NCBI GenBank assembly: GCA_977017575.1
Contig: CDRNVI010000073.1
Coordinates: 62,001-126,000, forward strand
Reading direction: 5' to 3'
Source: Paramoeba atlantica
Taxonomy: Eukaryota > Protista > Discosea
DNA: 64,000 nt
Part shown: positions 10,995 to 21,788 of the stretch, piece by piece
Position numbering within the stretch: position 1 is the stretch's first letter
Layout of the letters: each line of letters begins with the position of its first letter
Made by a program: the position numbers and the translations under genes
Notes under the pieces: generated by a model
Seen by the model: the letters and a program-made list of their open reading frames with translations, nothing else
What the model was told of the DNA's origin: nothing
Database searches by the model: none

Positions 10995-12218
10995 GACTCT
11001 TCGTTAAACGCGGTGGTTGTTTTCAACTTAGAAGTCACTCATGCTGCGCGTTGAAAACTACCGCCGCGTTTAACGAAGAGCCTAAAAAAGAAAATTTGGC
11101 CGGGGACGCTGAAGAAAACGGAAGGATTTGAGCCATAAATAACCAATTTTTAGGTAAAAATGGGGTGATTTTTAGGTATTTTTGCTCTCGGAGCACTAAA
11201 TTCGACTTTTGCGTGTGAGAAAACACTCGTAGGCATGTATTCGAGGCTACAGAACGTATTGGGTAGAGAATGCGACTCCAACCACACCATTCTTCCGACC
11301 CAACTTTTCTTCCTCCCCCCTTTTTTCGCCTTTTTTCGTCAAAAATGTGTCATTTTGGGACCACGGTTTCATGAAGCGACATCTCGCGAAAACAATGGCG
11401 CAGAATGCTAGAATAGGTCCCAAACTATCAAAATACAGTAGAGGAAACAATTTTGGAAAAATATTTTTTTTACCATTTTTTTCGTCAAGTTGAAGTTTTT
11501 TTCAAAAACAAAATCCGAAAAAATCCGAACTTGACGGACCCGTCCTGGGGATACGCGGGGGGGTCACCCCCGGGTAGGGGGGTGGAAAATGCGCGCCAAG
11601 ACCCCGGCTACCCTTTCTGCGGTTTTTTTCGAAAACTAATTTTTTCGAAAAAATTTGCTCGACCATGCCCCCCCCCCTGGACCCCCCCTGGACCCCCCAC
11701 TGGACCCCCCACTGGACCCCCCAAGGGTCCGATTTTTTTTGAAAATTTTTGGACCACCGGAGCCCCTTTTATAAATTTTTCTTCTAAAGGGGGGGTTCGC
11801 CTATTATTAACAACCATCTATTATTAACAATGGTATTAAATTTTATTTCATCTATTATTAACAAGAATTAATTTCCTTCACTTTTCGCAGCTTCCCTAAA
11901 GGAAAATGCGCTAAAACCAACTTTCATGAAGCCTTTTTTTCGTAAAAGTGGGGTTATTCGTGGGGACAAGGGTAGGAAACAAGCCTAAAACAAGCCTAAA
12001 AGGTTGATTGTTAATAATAGATGAAAAGTTCATCTATTATTGAAAAAGGGGGTATTATTTCATCCATTATTAACAAACCGTCTATTAGTAACAAAAGCGT
12101 TTGTTAATAATAGACGAACCCCCCCTTTATTACTGTGTTCCTCTTTATATTTTCACTGTTTTTGTTCACTTTTTTTTCATTAATCGATGGTAGAGCGGTA
12201 GTTTTACAACCACCGCAA
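10995..12218 (+). repeat. One unit of the palindrome/hairpin repeat family, interrupted by a MITE
   Basis: Starts with the long palindrome (10995-11082), body is an inverted copy of the 49.2-51.7 kb units, ends at ...CAACCACCGCAAT. Confidence 0.8.
11787..12127. mobile_element. 341-bp MITE with AAGGGGGGGTTCG(C/T)CTATTATTAACAA TIRs and TA TSD
   Basis: Near-perfect 27-bp TIRs; TA at 11785-86 and 12128-29; subterminal CATCTATTATTAACA repeats; removing it largely restores the host repeat seen uninterrupted at about 6040. Confidence 0.88.
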
Positions 12219-13121
12219 TAAACCACATACCTGTTTAACATACCTATACCTTGGATAACATACCGGGGGGTATGTTATTCTGGCCTGCGACACTTAACAT
12301 ACCCCCCCTCGTCCCACGGCTTTTTTTGTGCAACGGTACAAAAATCCAACCCTAATATCACGTACGGTTTTAACAAAATGTTTCTTTTATGCGTTTTTAG
12401 ATATATTTTGATACGTTTTAGCATTTAGTACTACACGCGGTACATTTTACCATTTCATTCTTATTTTTACCAATAGGGCGTTGACAGCCCAATTCTCATT
12501 TTTACTCTCTGAATGGTGACTTTTACTGTAAGTGAAGTGAAGGAAGTGAGGCTCAATAAGCCTTCAATCCATAAACTTTTTCTGAAGTAGGATATTATAG
12601 TAACGTTGAATGAATATCCTAATTCGGCTTTTTTCAGCTTAATATCCTAATTCAGTAGTATCCTTAGTAGTATCCTCAGTAGTATCCTTCAGAATTATCC
12701 TAATTCAGCTTAATATCCTAATTCCGAATTACGATATTGATCCGACCCCCGGTTTATAAAGGGGGGAGGGCGATTAAAAGTTGGCACAGAAATCGCCCTA
12801 CAATTGGGAGCAAGGGACGAGGAATTATCCAATCGTTAAGTGGGTCCCGGCGCTCTCCCAAAGGAAAATGTCCAGCACCAACCCGCGCCATACCTCGAAG
12901 AACCATTTAAATATATCAAAATATTTAAGACGGTGTAAGAAAAGAAAAAACGAATCTTCCTCGGTTCGCCAAAAAAAAGAACCTATAAGTGGGGGAGGGG
13001 TTGAGGCTATTATAAACAGATGGGTACAGTATATTCTTTGACTTCTATTTTTTTCTTTTTATTCTTTGTTGCCTAAGGTGCAGATTTCGGACGTACTCTC
13101 ATCAAAAAAATCTCTTTATTT

Positions 13122-14603
13122 ATGATGGAACCGACCAAAGACGAAATTCTTTGTGGCCTATGTAACGAGGGCAATACTTGCTATCTCAACAGTACATTAC
13201 AAGTCCTAGTTTCACAACGGGATTTTATGAACGCCCTTCGACACGTAAAAACTAACTCCTCTGCTTCATATGTCACAGAATCGTCAAATTCTCTGCTTGT
13301 TGTGCGAAGAAAATTGTTTTGTTTGTTTTCATCTCTTCCCAGAGAAATGGGAAAGTCGTCAAAACCTGTTCTTCCATCGGGAATTCGACGTCTTCTTTTC
13401 GAACTTAATTCTGTTTTTACGCATTGCGATCAAGCAGATGCTGCAGAGTGCCTTTTAACTCTTTTAGCTAGTTTGGAAGAGCACCTTTCGGATAAGGTTC
13501 TCATAGAAAACGAGTCGAGCACGTGTGTTCCATCAAAAATTAGGAGTTCCTCCTCGTATTATTCTCTTTATGACACATTACAACGTATAGCACAACAACG
13601 TGCGGCATTGCACCACAAGCACGAGAGACGTAAATTTTCCCAGGAAATCTTTCACCATTCAAACCTTCTCTCGTCGTGTAAAATCGACAGAACGTCAACC
13701 TCTGATGATACTTCGACCTCTCAAAAGCATCACGCACCTGAACCATTTTACATCCACTCCCCAAAGGCCTATGTTCGTCGTGGGGTGGTAAATACCTTCT
13801 TTGAGGGTTATCACCTGAATACTTTTTATTGCCATCACTGTCAATATTCTAGTCACTCCGCAGAGCCTTTCCTTATGCTCGAATTACACATTCCCTCTCA
13901 CACTCAACTCAGCTCGTTAGACAAAATAAATATAAAAAGGTTACAAAAATCCTCGCCTATGTTTTCTGCTCTCTTTTCTGTACTTCATCCTTTTACAGCC
14001 TTAGCAAAGTCGGCCTGGGACTTTGTTTCTTCTCTTTTTACTCTCTCAGATGGAATTTCTCCTGCTCTTCGTTTGCAGGATTGTTTTGCCTCACACGAAC
14101 GAGGTGAACGCCTATCGCACGAGAATGCTATTCTGTGCGACCACTGTGGGGTACGGTCGGAAGGCATTCGTACCACACAACTCCTTCATCTTCCCCCTAT
14201 TTTAGTCATTCACTTGAAACGATTCTCCCATGGGCTCTGGTCCACAGAAAAACTGCACGCGGCAGTCTCGTGTCCTGAGATTTTGGATCTTAGCACGAGC
14301 GTGTGTTCTTTGGAGAAGGATACGGTCTGTGGGACCGATTCCTCACTAGAAAACAGAGCGAAATCCAGTGATTTCGATCCCCCTGCGCTTTGTTTTTCAA
14401 AGGATGCCCATAAAACGGCGTTGTATGAACTTAGCGCGGTGATCAATCATCACGGAAATCTAAGCTCAGGTCACTACACAGCGTATGTCAGGAATCCCTC
14501 CGTGGGTTGGGTTCTGTGTAATGACGAGCATTTGCTTCGTGTATCCTCGGAGGAGGTTTTACAAAGTGAAGTCTATGTTGCGGTGTATCGCCGAAAAGAT
14601 TAA
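13122..14603 (+). CDS. Ubiquitin carboxyl-terminal hydrolase (USP, peptidase C19)
   Basis: Cys box GLCNEGNTCYLNSTLQVL, QADAAECL, CxxC pairs, LVIHLKRF, His box HHGNLSSGHYTAYV, WVLCNDE. Confidence 0.95.
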   Translation: MMEPTKDEILCGLCNEGNTCYLNSTLQVLVSQRDFMNALRHVKTNSSASYVTESSNSLLVVRRKLFCLFSSLPREMGKSSKPVLPSGIRRLLFELNSVFTHCDQADAAECLLTLLASLEEHLSDKVLIENESSTCVPSKIRSSSSYYSLYDTLQRIAQQRAALHHKHERRKFSQEIFHHSNLLSSCKIDRTSTSDDTSTSQKHHAPEPFYIHSPKAYVRRGVVNTFFEGYHLNTFYCHHCQYSSHSAEPFLMLELHIPSHTQLSSLDKINIKRLQKSSPMFSALFSVLHPFTALAKSAWDFVSSLFTLSDGISPALRLQDCFASHERGERLSHENAILCDHCGVRSEGIRTTQLLHLPPILVIHLKRFSHGLWSTEKLHAAVSCPEILDLSTSVCSLEKDTVCGTDSSLENRAKSSDFDPPALCFSKDAHKTALYELSAVINHHGNLSSGHYTAYVRNPSVGWVLCNDEHLLRVSSEEVLQSEVYVAVYRRKD

Positions 14604-14896
14604 GAAACATATTCGGCATGTTAAGAACACATCAAGGACAACGGAAATAATAACAATGGCGAGAAGTACTTTTTGGGGTGCGTTTTTTTTTTTGACTGTT
14701 ACTAAGAAAAAGGTAACATCCGTCTTCCCTTTTTATAAATCTTTTTCCCAACGCAACAGTGGAACGATCTGTACGTATCCTTGGACATGTATCAGTATCG
14801 TCGAATTCTATTTCTACCTGTAAACCTCAGTATGCATTCTTTTATGCTTTAAGTTTCCTTTACAGCGTTTCTGCGTAACTTTGCAAGAAGACACCT

Positions 14897-15724
14897 ATGA
14901 CTTTTCACCTAGCGATTTTCCTTGTTCACGCAGCCGATGATTCGAATACAATTATTACACAGCGAACCCTTCCGGGTAAGGTACGAGGTTCCCATTTACC
15001 ACAGGAATACGAACTTTCACGCTTGATTGCCGATGTAGATAATCCGGATCATACCTGGAACACGTCAATACCTGCGTGTGAGTGGAAGGGCATAACTTGT
15101 AATGAGCATCTAAAAGTTACAAGGATTTGTTGGGGCAGTATGGGTCTTACTGGAATGCTTCGATGGGAATACCTGTCTTCTACGTTACATCATTTCCTCA
15201 TTTGGCGGAGCATGCTTACGGGAAACGTTAGCCTTGACACGCTACCTTCCCAACTTGTTCAAATACATGCATCCACCAATGCTTTCAAAGGTTCGTTGGA
15301 TTTTATTCATTTGCCACATACATTGCAGTCGCTTGATCTGCATGAAAATCAGTTCACTGGCAGTGTGAATTTGGTCCAATTGCCTCAGAGCATACAACAT
15401 TTCCTTGTGGGTAACAACAAGTGTTCAGGAAGCATTGATCTTACCTGTTTGCCTTCAACTATATTACAGGTCAATTTATCAAACAATTTATTCACGGGAC
15501 CTCTTGAATTGCAGCGCTTACCTTTATTACTCGAAGTTCTCGACTGCAGCAATAATTTTTTTTCAGGTTTCGTGATTTTTAAAAATCTTCCTAAACTTCG
15601 ACTTCTCTCGTTAAAGAACAACGCTGAATTGAGCGGAACAGTTGACACATCCGAACTTTCCATACGAGTGGAAGAGATTAAAGTCACAGGCACAAAAGTG
15701 GTAAAGGGGGGTCCCGTCTATTAA
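14897..15724 (+). CDS. LRR-family protein
   Basis: PGKVRGSHLPQEYEL, TWNTSIPACEWKGITC cap, about seven LRRs. Confidence 0.9.
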   Translation: MTFHLAIFLVHAADDSNTIITQRTLPGKVRGSHLPQEYELSRLIADVDNPDHTWNTSIPACEWKGITCNEHLKVTRICWGSMGLTGMLRWEYLSSTLHHFLIWRSMLTGNVSLDTLPSQLVQIHASTNAFKGSLDFIHLPHTLQSLDLHENQFTGSVNLVQLPQSIQHFLVGNNKCSGSIDLTCLPSTILQVNLSNNLFTGPLELQRLPLLLEVLDCSNNFFSGFVIFKNLPKLRLLSLKNNAELSGTVDTSELSIRVEEIKVTGTKVVKGGPVY

Positions 15725-15993
15725 ACGTCCCGTTTATGAACAAACGGTCAAGGAGGATTTTTTTCTCTGAATGGAAATATACACACAGCGCTTTTTAGAG
15801 GAAAATTGCTTTTTTTAGTATTGCAATTAGTACTAAATGGGTGTGACCAATAAAGGTGAAAAAAGTGCAAAAACCGAAAATATGAATGAAAATAGCAATC
15901 AAAACCTATTTTCCTTATTTTTGGTCAGGGGAGTAGCTATTTATCATTCATATAATTTATACCTAAGTTCAAAAGTGGAGTTGTACATTTTTT

Positions 15994-16899
15994 ATGTTTC
16001 GTTTTCTGCGTACGGTGCTTCGGTCTCCTCCTCCCGTACCTCAGCAAATTCTGAATGAGAAAGAGTGGTATACCTCGGAGAAATGGTGTAAGCTTTGCGC
16101 ATGTCCAATGCCGACTGCGGGTATACATACCGGGGAGAAAGATCATCAGACTCTGGAGGTCTTTGTTGATAAAATATGGCAAGGCAATCACATGTCTTGG
16201 TGGGCTCATCACGTGTATGAGTCTGTTGGCTTACTTCGGGCACCGTATGCATCGCTTTACAATGTTTTTGATAAATTTGAAAATCAAAGATTATTTGTCT
16301 TGCACGAGGCCATTAAAACTCTTAAGGAGAAAAAAATCTCTCGTGGAACGAGAACGATTCGCGATGGAGGTGGAACAACTCAATACCTAGTTGCCGCTCG
16401 CATGAGTCACATGACGTCCAAGATTTTGATAGGGCTTCTACCCCACGCCGCTAGTCGCCATCTTACGTCATATCTATCTATGATAACCTCGGATTTTTCT
16501 ATGGAAGCAGTGTATGATATCCTTAGATTGGATCTACTTTACGGAAATTTAGATAATCGACGGTCCTACATATTGAAATCCATACTCGGAAATTGTTTTG
16601 ATATTACGTCGGACTATTCCCGCGGCTTCTGTCATGGAAGAAGAGCCTTGATCAAGCCTATAATAAAGGAACTGTGTTACTACGTTCAATGGGGTATCAT
16701 TTGTGAGGCGATTATTTCTCGCATGCAAGAGTACGTCGCTCGAGGGCAAATAGTGTGGGTGAATGAGCTGCACTGTGAAACGAGAAAAAATTTATTGGCT
16801 GACAAAATTATTCATAAATTGGCTCCCGTACACGAATCTACATCCGACGTGTTAAAAACTAGATTTGAAACCGATTTATGGAAACGTGATATCTGTTAA
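15994..16899 (+). CDS. Putative KREPB-like mitochondrial protein (U1-like zinc finger plus degenerate RNase III)
   Basis: Presequence-like MFRFLRTVLR; CKLC...IHTGEKDH zinc finger; segment KILIGLLPHAASRHL...SDFSMEAVYDILRL recalls the RNase III-like region of kinetoplastid editosome KREPB proteins (from recall, not searched). Confidence 0.5.
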   Translation: MFRFLRTVLRSPPPVPQQILNEKEWYTSEKWCKLCACPMPTAGIHTGEKDHQTLEVFVDKIWQGNHMSWWAHHVYESVGLLRAPYASLYNVFDKFENQRLFVLHEAIKTLKEKKISRGTRTIRDGGGTTQYLVAARMSHMTSKILIGLLPHAASRHLTSYLSMITSDFSMEAVYDILRLDLLYGNLDNRRSYILKSILGNCFDITSDYSRGFCHGRRALIKPIIKELCYYVQWGIICEAIISRMQEYVARGQIVWVNELHCETRKNLLADKIIHKLAPVHESTSDVLKTRFETDLWKRDIC

Positions 16900-17313
16900 C
16901 ACATCACATCATTATGTACCCTAGTTCTAAACGTGGGTCCGGTTTATCCTCTTCTTGATCTTGATTAAAACTAGAGCGCACAAAGTTTTTTTCCTAATGA
17001 GTTCAATCTTCACGCGCTGAATTTAATCTTAGTAAATTATCGTTGTCGATTCTTTTGGCATCCCGCTGCTAGGGTGGCAGCGCTGCTACTACGATAGCAA
17101 TCGTGTGGCCCCCGGTTTACTAAGGTACTACTGTCCCTTTCATAAATAATTATAAATTTGCCAGAATTTATAACGCTCCATATTTATAATTATTTATGAT
17201 TTATAATTTCTTGACGCTATAATCATAATTTTTTGGGGGTAAATTTAAAATCACCCCATTTTTACCCGAAATTCGGCTATCTTTCCGTTTTCCAGGCTAA
17301 ATTTTCTTTTTTA

Positions 17314-17408
17314 GGCTCTTCGTTAAACGCGGCGGTAGTTTTCAACGCGAAGCGCGCAGCATGAGTAACTTCTAAGTTGAAAACAACCACCGCGTTTAAC
17401 GAAGAGCC
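17314..17408. repeat. Long-armed palindrome GGCTCTTCGTTAAACGCGG...CCGCGTTTAACGAAGAGCC
   Basis: 33-bp inverted arms plus T/A-tract flanks; further copies at about 10995, 38717, 49814, 50704, 51602; half copies at about 32710, 48735, 49210. Confidence 0.9.
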
Positions 17409-17433
17409 TAAAAAAGAAATGAAAAGGACAGTA

Positions 17434-17598
17434 TCCCCCCTATCCCAGCGTTGCCTCAGTACCCCCCCTCATTAGCGTTGCTTTTTAGACTGTCTCTTCA
17501 AGACTCTCTTGCCGCGAAGCGGTGATTTTTTTTTTTTTTTGACCCCCCCTCCTAGCGTTGCTTTTTCCCAAAACCAGGCAGCGCTAGGATAGGGGTGA
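17434..17598. mobile_element. 165-bp MITE, TA-flanked
   Basis: Left TCCCCCCTATCCCAGCGTTGCC vs reverse complement of right TCACCCCTATCCTAGCGCTGCC; TA on both sides. Confidence 0.65.
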
Positions 17599-17681
17599 TA
17601 GTACCCTCAACCCCACTCTCACTCCCCTCCACACCACAGTAAGCCCGAACTCAAACTTCGACCTTCAACTTGCAAAGAGAC

Positions 17682-17700
17682 AAAGATACGGTTTCTGTAC
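17682..17700 (+). other. Partial SL-like relic
   Basis: AAAGATACGGTTTCTGTAC matches 17/19 nt of AAAGATATAGTTTCTGTAC in the 39-mer at 43964-44002. Confidence 0.45.
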
Positions 17701-18020
17701 TGATTTTCAGGTTAAAAAAAAGTGTCTCTATCCGCGCCGAATGACATCAACCCCCTAGTCATTTGTCATCCACCCGACACCCCCCCTAGTTATTTGTGTC
17801 AGTTAAGTAGGGGGTACAGTACCTATACCTTCGTAATATACCGGGGGGGTGGTAAGCTGAACAGTGGTTTAATATCAAAATTACCAGCTTGATCTCAAAC
17901 TTTGATTTTGAAATTGGAATGGCCCCCGGTTTATTTCCTTTACTAGTCCACGACGTCAAAGTGGTATAATGAGTACCTCAATATTTAAGGAAAGTATACT
18001 TTGCAAAAATACTTTTATTT

Positions 18021-18665
18021 ATGGCTGCTCTTGCTCATCTCCTGAAGCTACATCTTACCACGTTTTCTGTAATCCGCACTGCCGACTCGCATATATCTAC
18101 GTCGCGTCCTTCTAAGGTGAGAAACACAGAACTTCCAGATGAATACAATCTGGAGCGTTTTCTTAGAAATGTGGGGAAGCAGCATGATTCGTGGAGGGTT
18201 GAGAATCCTGTTTCTATGTGGGATGGTGTCACATGTAACAAGTTGGACATTGTGAAGAGTATCTCGTGGACAAGCCGCGACCTTACTGGAATTTTTCTGT
18301 GGGAATATATGCCGAAATCGACCGTTGCGTTCGACGTTCAACAAAATAGATTAAGTGGTGAAGTGCGCTTTGAACTTTTACCACCCAGTCTAGAATCGCT
18401 CAATTTAGCTCGGAATATGTTTTTCGGTCCTATTGATCTCAGATTTGCTCCGGTCGCTCTCACTGTGTTTTTCGGTGCGATGAATGAGTTCAGCGGCGAA
18501 GTTCTTCTTGGTAGTTTAAACCAAAACTTTCAGTATTTATACCTAATGAATAATCCGGATCTTAAAGGAACAATTTGCGGATCCGAATTACCCCGTAGGC
18601 TTAAAACAACTGGGGTACTTCCGGGTCTTGATGTGGGAGGCACGAACATTAAACTAATTCCATAG
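18021..18665 (+). CDS. LRR-family protein, recent paralogue of 2681..3331
   Basis: Near-identical protein lacking the 6-nt insertion present in the 2681 copy. Confidence 0.9.
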   Translation: MAALAHLLKLHLTTFSVIRTADSHISTSRPSKVRNTELPDEYNLERFLRNVGKQHDSWRVENPVSMWDGVTCNKLDIVKSISWTSRDLTGIFLWEYMPKSTVAFDVQQNRLSGEVRFELLPPSLESLNLARNMFFGPIDLRFAPVALTVFFGAMNEFSGEVLLGSLNQNFQYLYLMNNPDLKGTICGSELPRRLKTTGVLPGLDVGGTNIKLIP

Positions 18666-18862
18666 AAGATTCCCATTTTCTCGAAATTGACGTTGTTCAA
18701 CAACGCATTCCTTAAATAGAACTCATTCTGCACATGAACATGTTTGTCCATAAAAGAGGAGCCGCTAAGCGGCGCCATATTTTTTTTACCTTTTTTTGGT
18801 TTTTTCCTACATTTATTTACTGTGCCTAGAGCCACGTATTGTGCCTAGAGCCAGTTATTGTG

Positions 18863-19960
18863 CAGGGGGGGCACAATAACCCGGAACACGGTTTAAGTGT
18901 CACAAGGCCACTTAGTATACCTACCCCCCCCAAAAACAACTGAAGCGGAAGATGTCCCTTTTTAGAAACGACAGAGCCACTTTTCTAGCAAGCACAAGCC
19001 AAGGAGTCATATTTCAAGGCCAAGTCACCATTTTTCTAGCAACTAGAAAAGAAAGGGTATACCTGGTTGCAATGGCCAGCGAAGTCCCCGGACCTAAATC
19101 CGATTGAGATCGTTTGGTCCAATGTGGATGCGACAAAGGGCAACATTCACCCCCGAAATCGAATTCAATTGCTCGATGCCATCCACGTTGAGTTTCGCAA
19201 ATTGGAAAACGAGCAAAACAACTGATTGCCTAAACACGCTTCGTAGCTTTCGAAAGCGTTGTTCCATCGTTGTCCAGAGAAATGGCAAGCACTTTTGGTA
19301 TTAGTGGGCTTTTTTAAGGTAAATTGAATAGTGTAAAATGTAAGTGACAAATCTCGTTTGGGAGCCATCTGACGATTTCGATTTCTACCCCGTGTTCTAA
19401 TAGTTTTTTGGGTGAAAAGGGCATATTTTTGTACCAACTCTTCCGATTGACCGAAAACGATTTTTGTAATATTTGAATAAATTTAAATAATTTATTGGAA
19501 TCTTCCATTAGAAAGGAACCGTTATAAAAAGAAAGTTAGCATCACCTTTAAAATTCTATTTCGCGCAACAATATGAGCTTCTACTGCGAAGGGTGTGATG
19601 TATTTGAGTGAGTAAAATCCTACCATTTGCTTACCGGATGAACATTCCTTCCTAGAATTTCCGAAAGCTCTTCAGCTCCGTGCTAAGGTGATTGCAATTC
19701 CGCAATGCAAGCATTTGTAATATTTCTGTACATTATTAATGAGGAAGAATAAAATGTTTCTGTAAGTTTAAGAACTTTTTTCTACTCGTCGGGGAGAAAT
19801 TTCATTGAAAACAAAAATTGGTATAAAAATATGCCCTTTTGACCGTTTTTTGTATTAAGACATGTAACTCTGAGAGAGCTCTCGAATGCGCTATTATTTT
19901 TCAAAATTGGACAGTGTTTACAAATTTTAGACCCCCCCCAGGTGCAAGTGCCACCCCCTG
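18863..19960 (+). mobile_element. Decayed Tc1/mariner element with frameshifted transposase C-terminus (about 19045-19304)
   Basis: WLQWPAKSPDLNPIEIVW then, after a frameshift, LRSFRKRCSIVVQRNGKHFWY*; CAGGGGGGGCAC at 18863 and GTGCCACCCCCTG|TA at 19960 as possible ends (boundaries tentative). Confidence 0.7.
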
Positions 19961-20233
19961 TATATCTCCACCTGTAAATTGCAAGTTAATATTTAAATAT
20001 TAACCCGCACACTGGGTTACGATATTATTCAATCAAGATCATTTTCGCCGTAAAAAAAAGCCGTAAAATCGTAATAGAGTACAACACTGTACACAAATTA
20101 AAATTCTCAACTTTGTTCAAGCACGGTACAAACTCTTTCTCCTCTTTTTCGATCCTTAAACACAAAAAAACGTACGTCCAACACCTCTTTTTTCCTCACC
20201 CTCTCTTCCCTCCCCTCTTCCCTCCCTCCCCCC

Positions 20234-21451
20234 ATGGAGCTCCAAATGCCCAACCCGCAGCTCCTGTGCCGCTCCCTCCGCTGTCTTCTGGAGCTGTGCG
20301 ACACGGCCTGGGTGGAATTCGACCCCAAGGGGGTTTATTTCCAGGTCATGGATGAGGCCCGGGTCTCCCTGGGGACGCTGGAGATCCGAGGCAACCCGCT
20401 GCGCCACTACCGCACCTACTCCCCCACCCCCACCGCTGTGGGGTTCCCGCTGAAATCGGCCATCTCGATCTTAGCCTGTATGGGACCCTCCGATTTGCTG
20501 TCCCTGCATCTGGTGGCTCCGTTTGATGAGCTCAGGCTACGGAATGATGTGGATTGTGTGAAGAAACAACAAGGGGGGTTGGGGAGTGGTGGAAATAACA
20601 CGAAACCAACACATAAGAATAACGAAGGCAACCGTCGTGGAAGCGCGAATGAAACACCAAACGGTTCAGAAACCTCAACAAACGCATCTTTTCCCGGAGG
20701 GGTTCGAAAATTCGAATCTTCTGTTTCTTCTCATCCTTTTTTATCCTCTTCCTATGATTCCATTGCCTTCGCGGAGGCGAACCCGGACGGGTCGCACTTC
20801 GGGCGGTGGGTTTTAAAACTTTGTGAGATCACCGACGCGCGGCATCCGCTGCCGGTACTCGCGTACCCCGTCGAGGTCGTCATGCCCTCCGATCTACTCA
20901 AGGAGGTGCTGAGCCTCTATGAGGGGGCCACCGCGGTGTCGTTTACCGTGGAGGGGGGGAGCAACACGTTAGTGATTGCCCCCGAGGGGTGGGAGAAGGA
21001 AAAGAAGAAAACACGACGTAGAGGACGAAGGGGAAGAGGGGGGAATGAGGAAGAAGGAGAAGGAGAAGAGGATGAAAATGGGGAAAATGGGAGTGAAAAT
21101 GAAAACCATGAGGATGAAAACGAAACGCAAGCTCCTGCTGTTCCTCCTTCTACGGTGGATACGTTTGCGTTAGCATCTGGGGTGACGAAACTTCACGCGA
21201 AACCGGATTGTCCAAAATCGATTTCGGTGCTCTGGCGTCCAGAGTTGGTGCCGAACCCTAAAGCAACGATTGTTCGTGTGGTTCTTGGGTCTCGCTTCCT
21301 GGCGACACTTACTAAAGGACGGGAGGTGGTGAATACAGTACGTCTGTTTCTCGGGGATACCCATCCACTTCGGGTGCGGTATGATTTAGGGGATTTGGGC
21401 CACCTGCAGTTTTATCTGGCTCAAGTGGTGGCGAGGGGGGAAGGGGGGTAG
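20234..21451 (+). CDS. PCNA: Highly divergent PCNA-family sliding clamp with two large insertions
   Basis: QVMDEARVSL (QxMDxSHVSL), VVMPSDLL (MPS), HPLRVRYDLGDLGHLQFYLA (PLxVxYxIxxxGHLKYYLA); 405 aa versus about 260 aa for typical PCNA. Confidence 0.8.
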   Translation: MELQMPNPQLLCRSLRCLLELCDTAWVEFDPKGVYFQVMDEARVSLGTLEIRGNPLRHYRTYSPTPTAVGFPLKSAISILACMGPSDLLSLHLVAPFDELRLRNDVDCVKKQQGGLGSGGNNTKPTHKNNEGNRRGSANETPNGSETSTNASFPGGVRKFESSVSSHPFLSSSYDSIAFAEANPDGSHFGRWVLKLCEITDARHPLPVLAYPVEVVMPSDLLKEVLSLYEGATAVSFTVEGGSNTLVIAPEGWEKEKKKTRRRGRRGRGGNEEEGEGEEDENGENGSENENHEDENETQAPAVPPSTVDTFALASGVTKLHAKPDCPKSISVLWRPELVPNPKATIVRVVLGSRFLATLTKGREVVNTVRLFLGDTHPLRVRYDLGDLGHLQFYLAQVVARGEGG

Positions 21452-21788
21452 TATGAGAGGAGCAGAGGGGATGGGGATAACAGGTCTTGGGGAATTGGGG
21501 ATAAATTTGCGAGCTTGAAGATCACAATTTTGAGTGGACAAAACATCTTTTTTGAATGAATGTGTTCAGGAATACATGTAGCGCTAATGGGTTTGCAATG
21601 TAGATTTAGGTCGAGTGCAATTGTGTAATCCAACGTGATTTTTTTTGCAATTTAGACTGGCACTTCACATTTCTTCCCTCATATTTCTACCTCAAAGTTT
21701 CGAAAGTTAACCTTTAATCTCTCTTACTGAACCTCGGAACAACATCCGTGCAATTTGATTACTGGATATAAATTTACAATCTTATTCC

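Noticed and set aside
14861-14883. TACAGCGTTTCTGCGTAACTTTG upstream of LRR 14897 as an SL relic
   Set aside because: Needs two insertions and further mismatches; compatible with an ordinary pyrimidine-rich acceptor region. Similar weak hits near 19720 and 32597 were also dropped.
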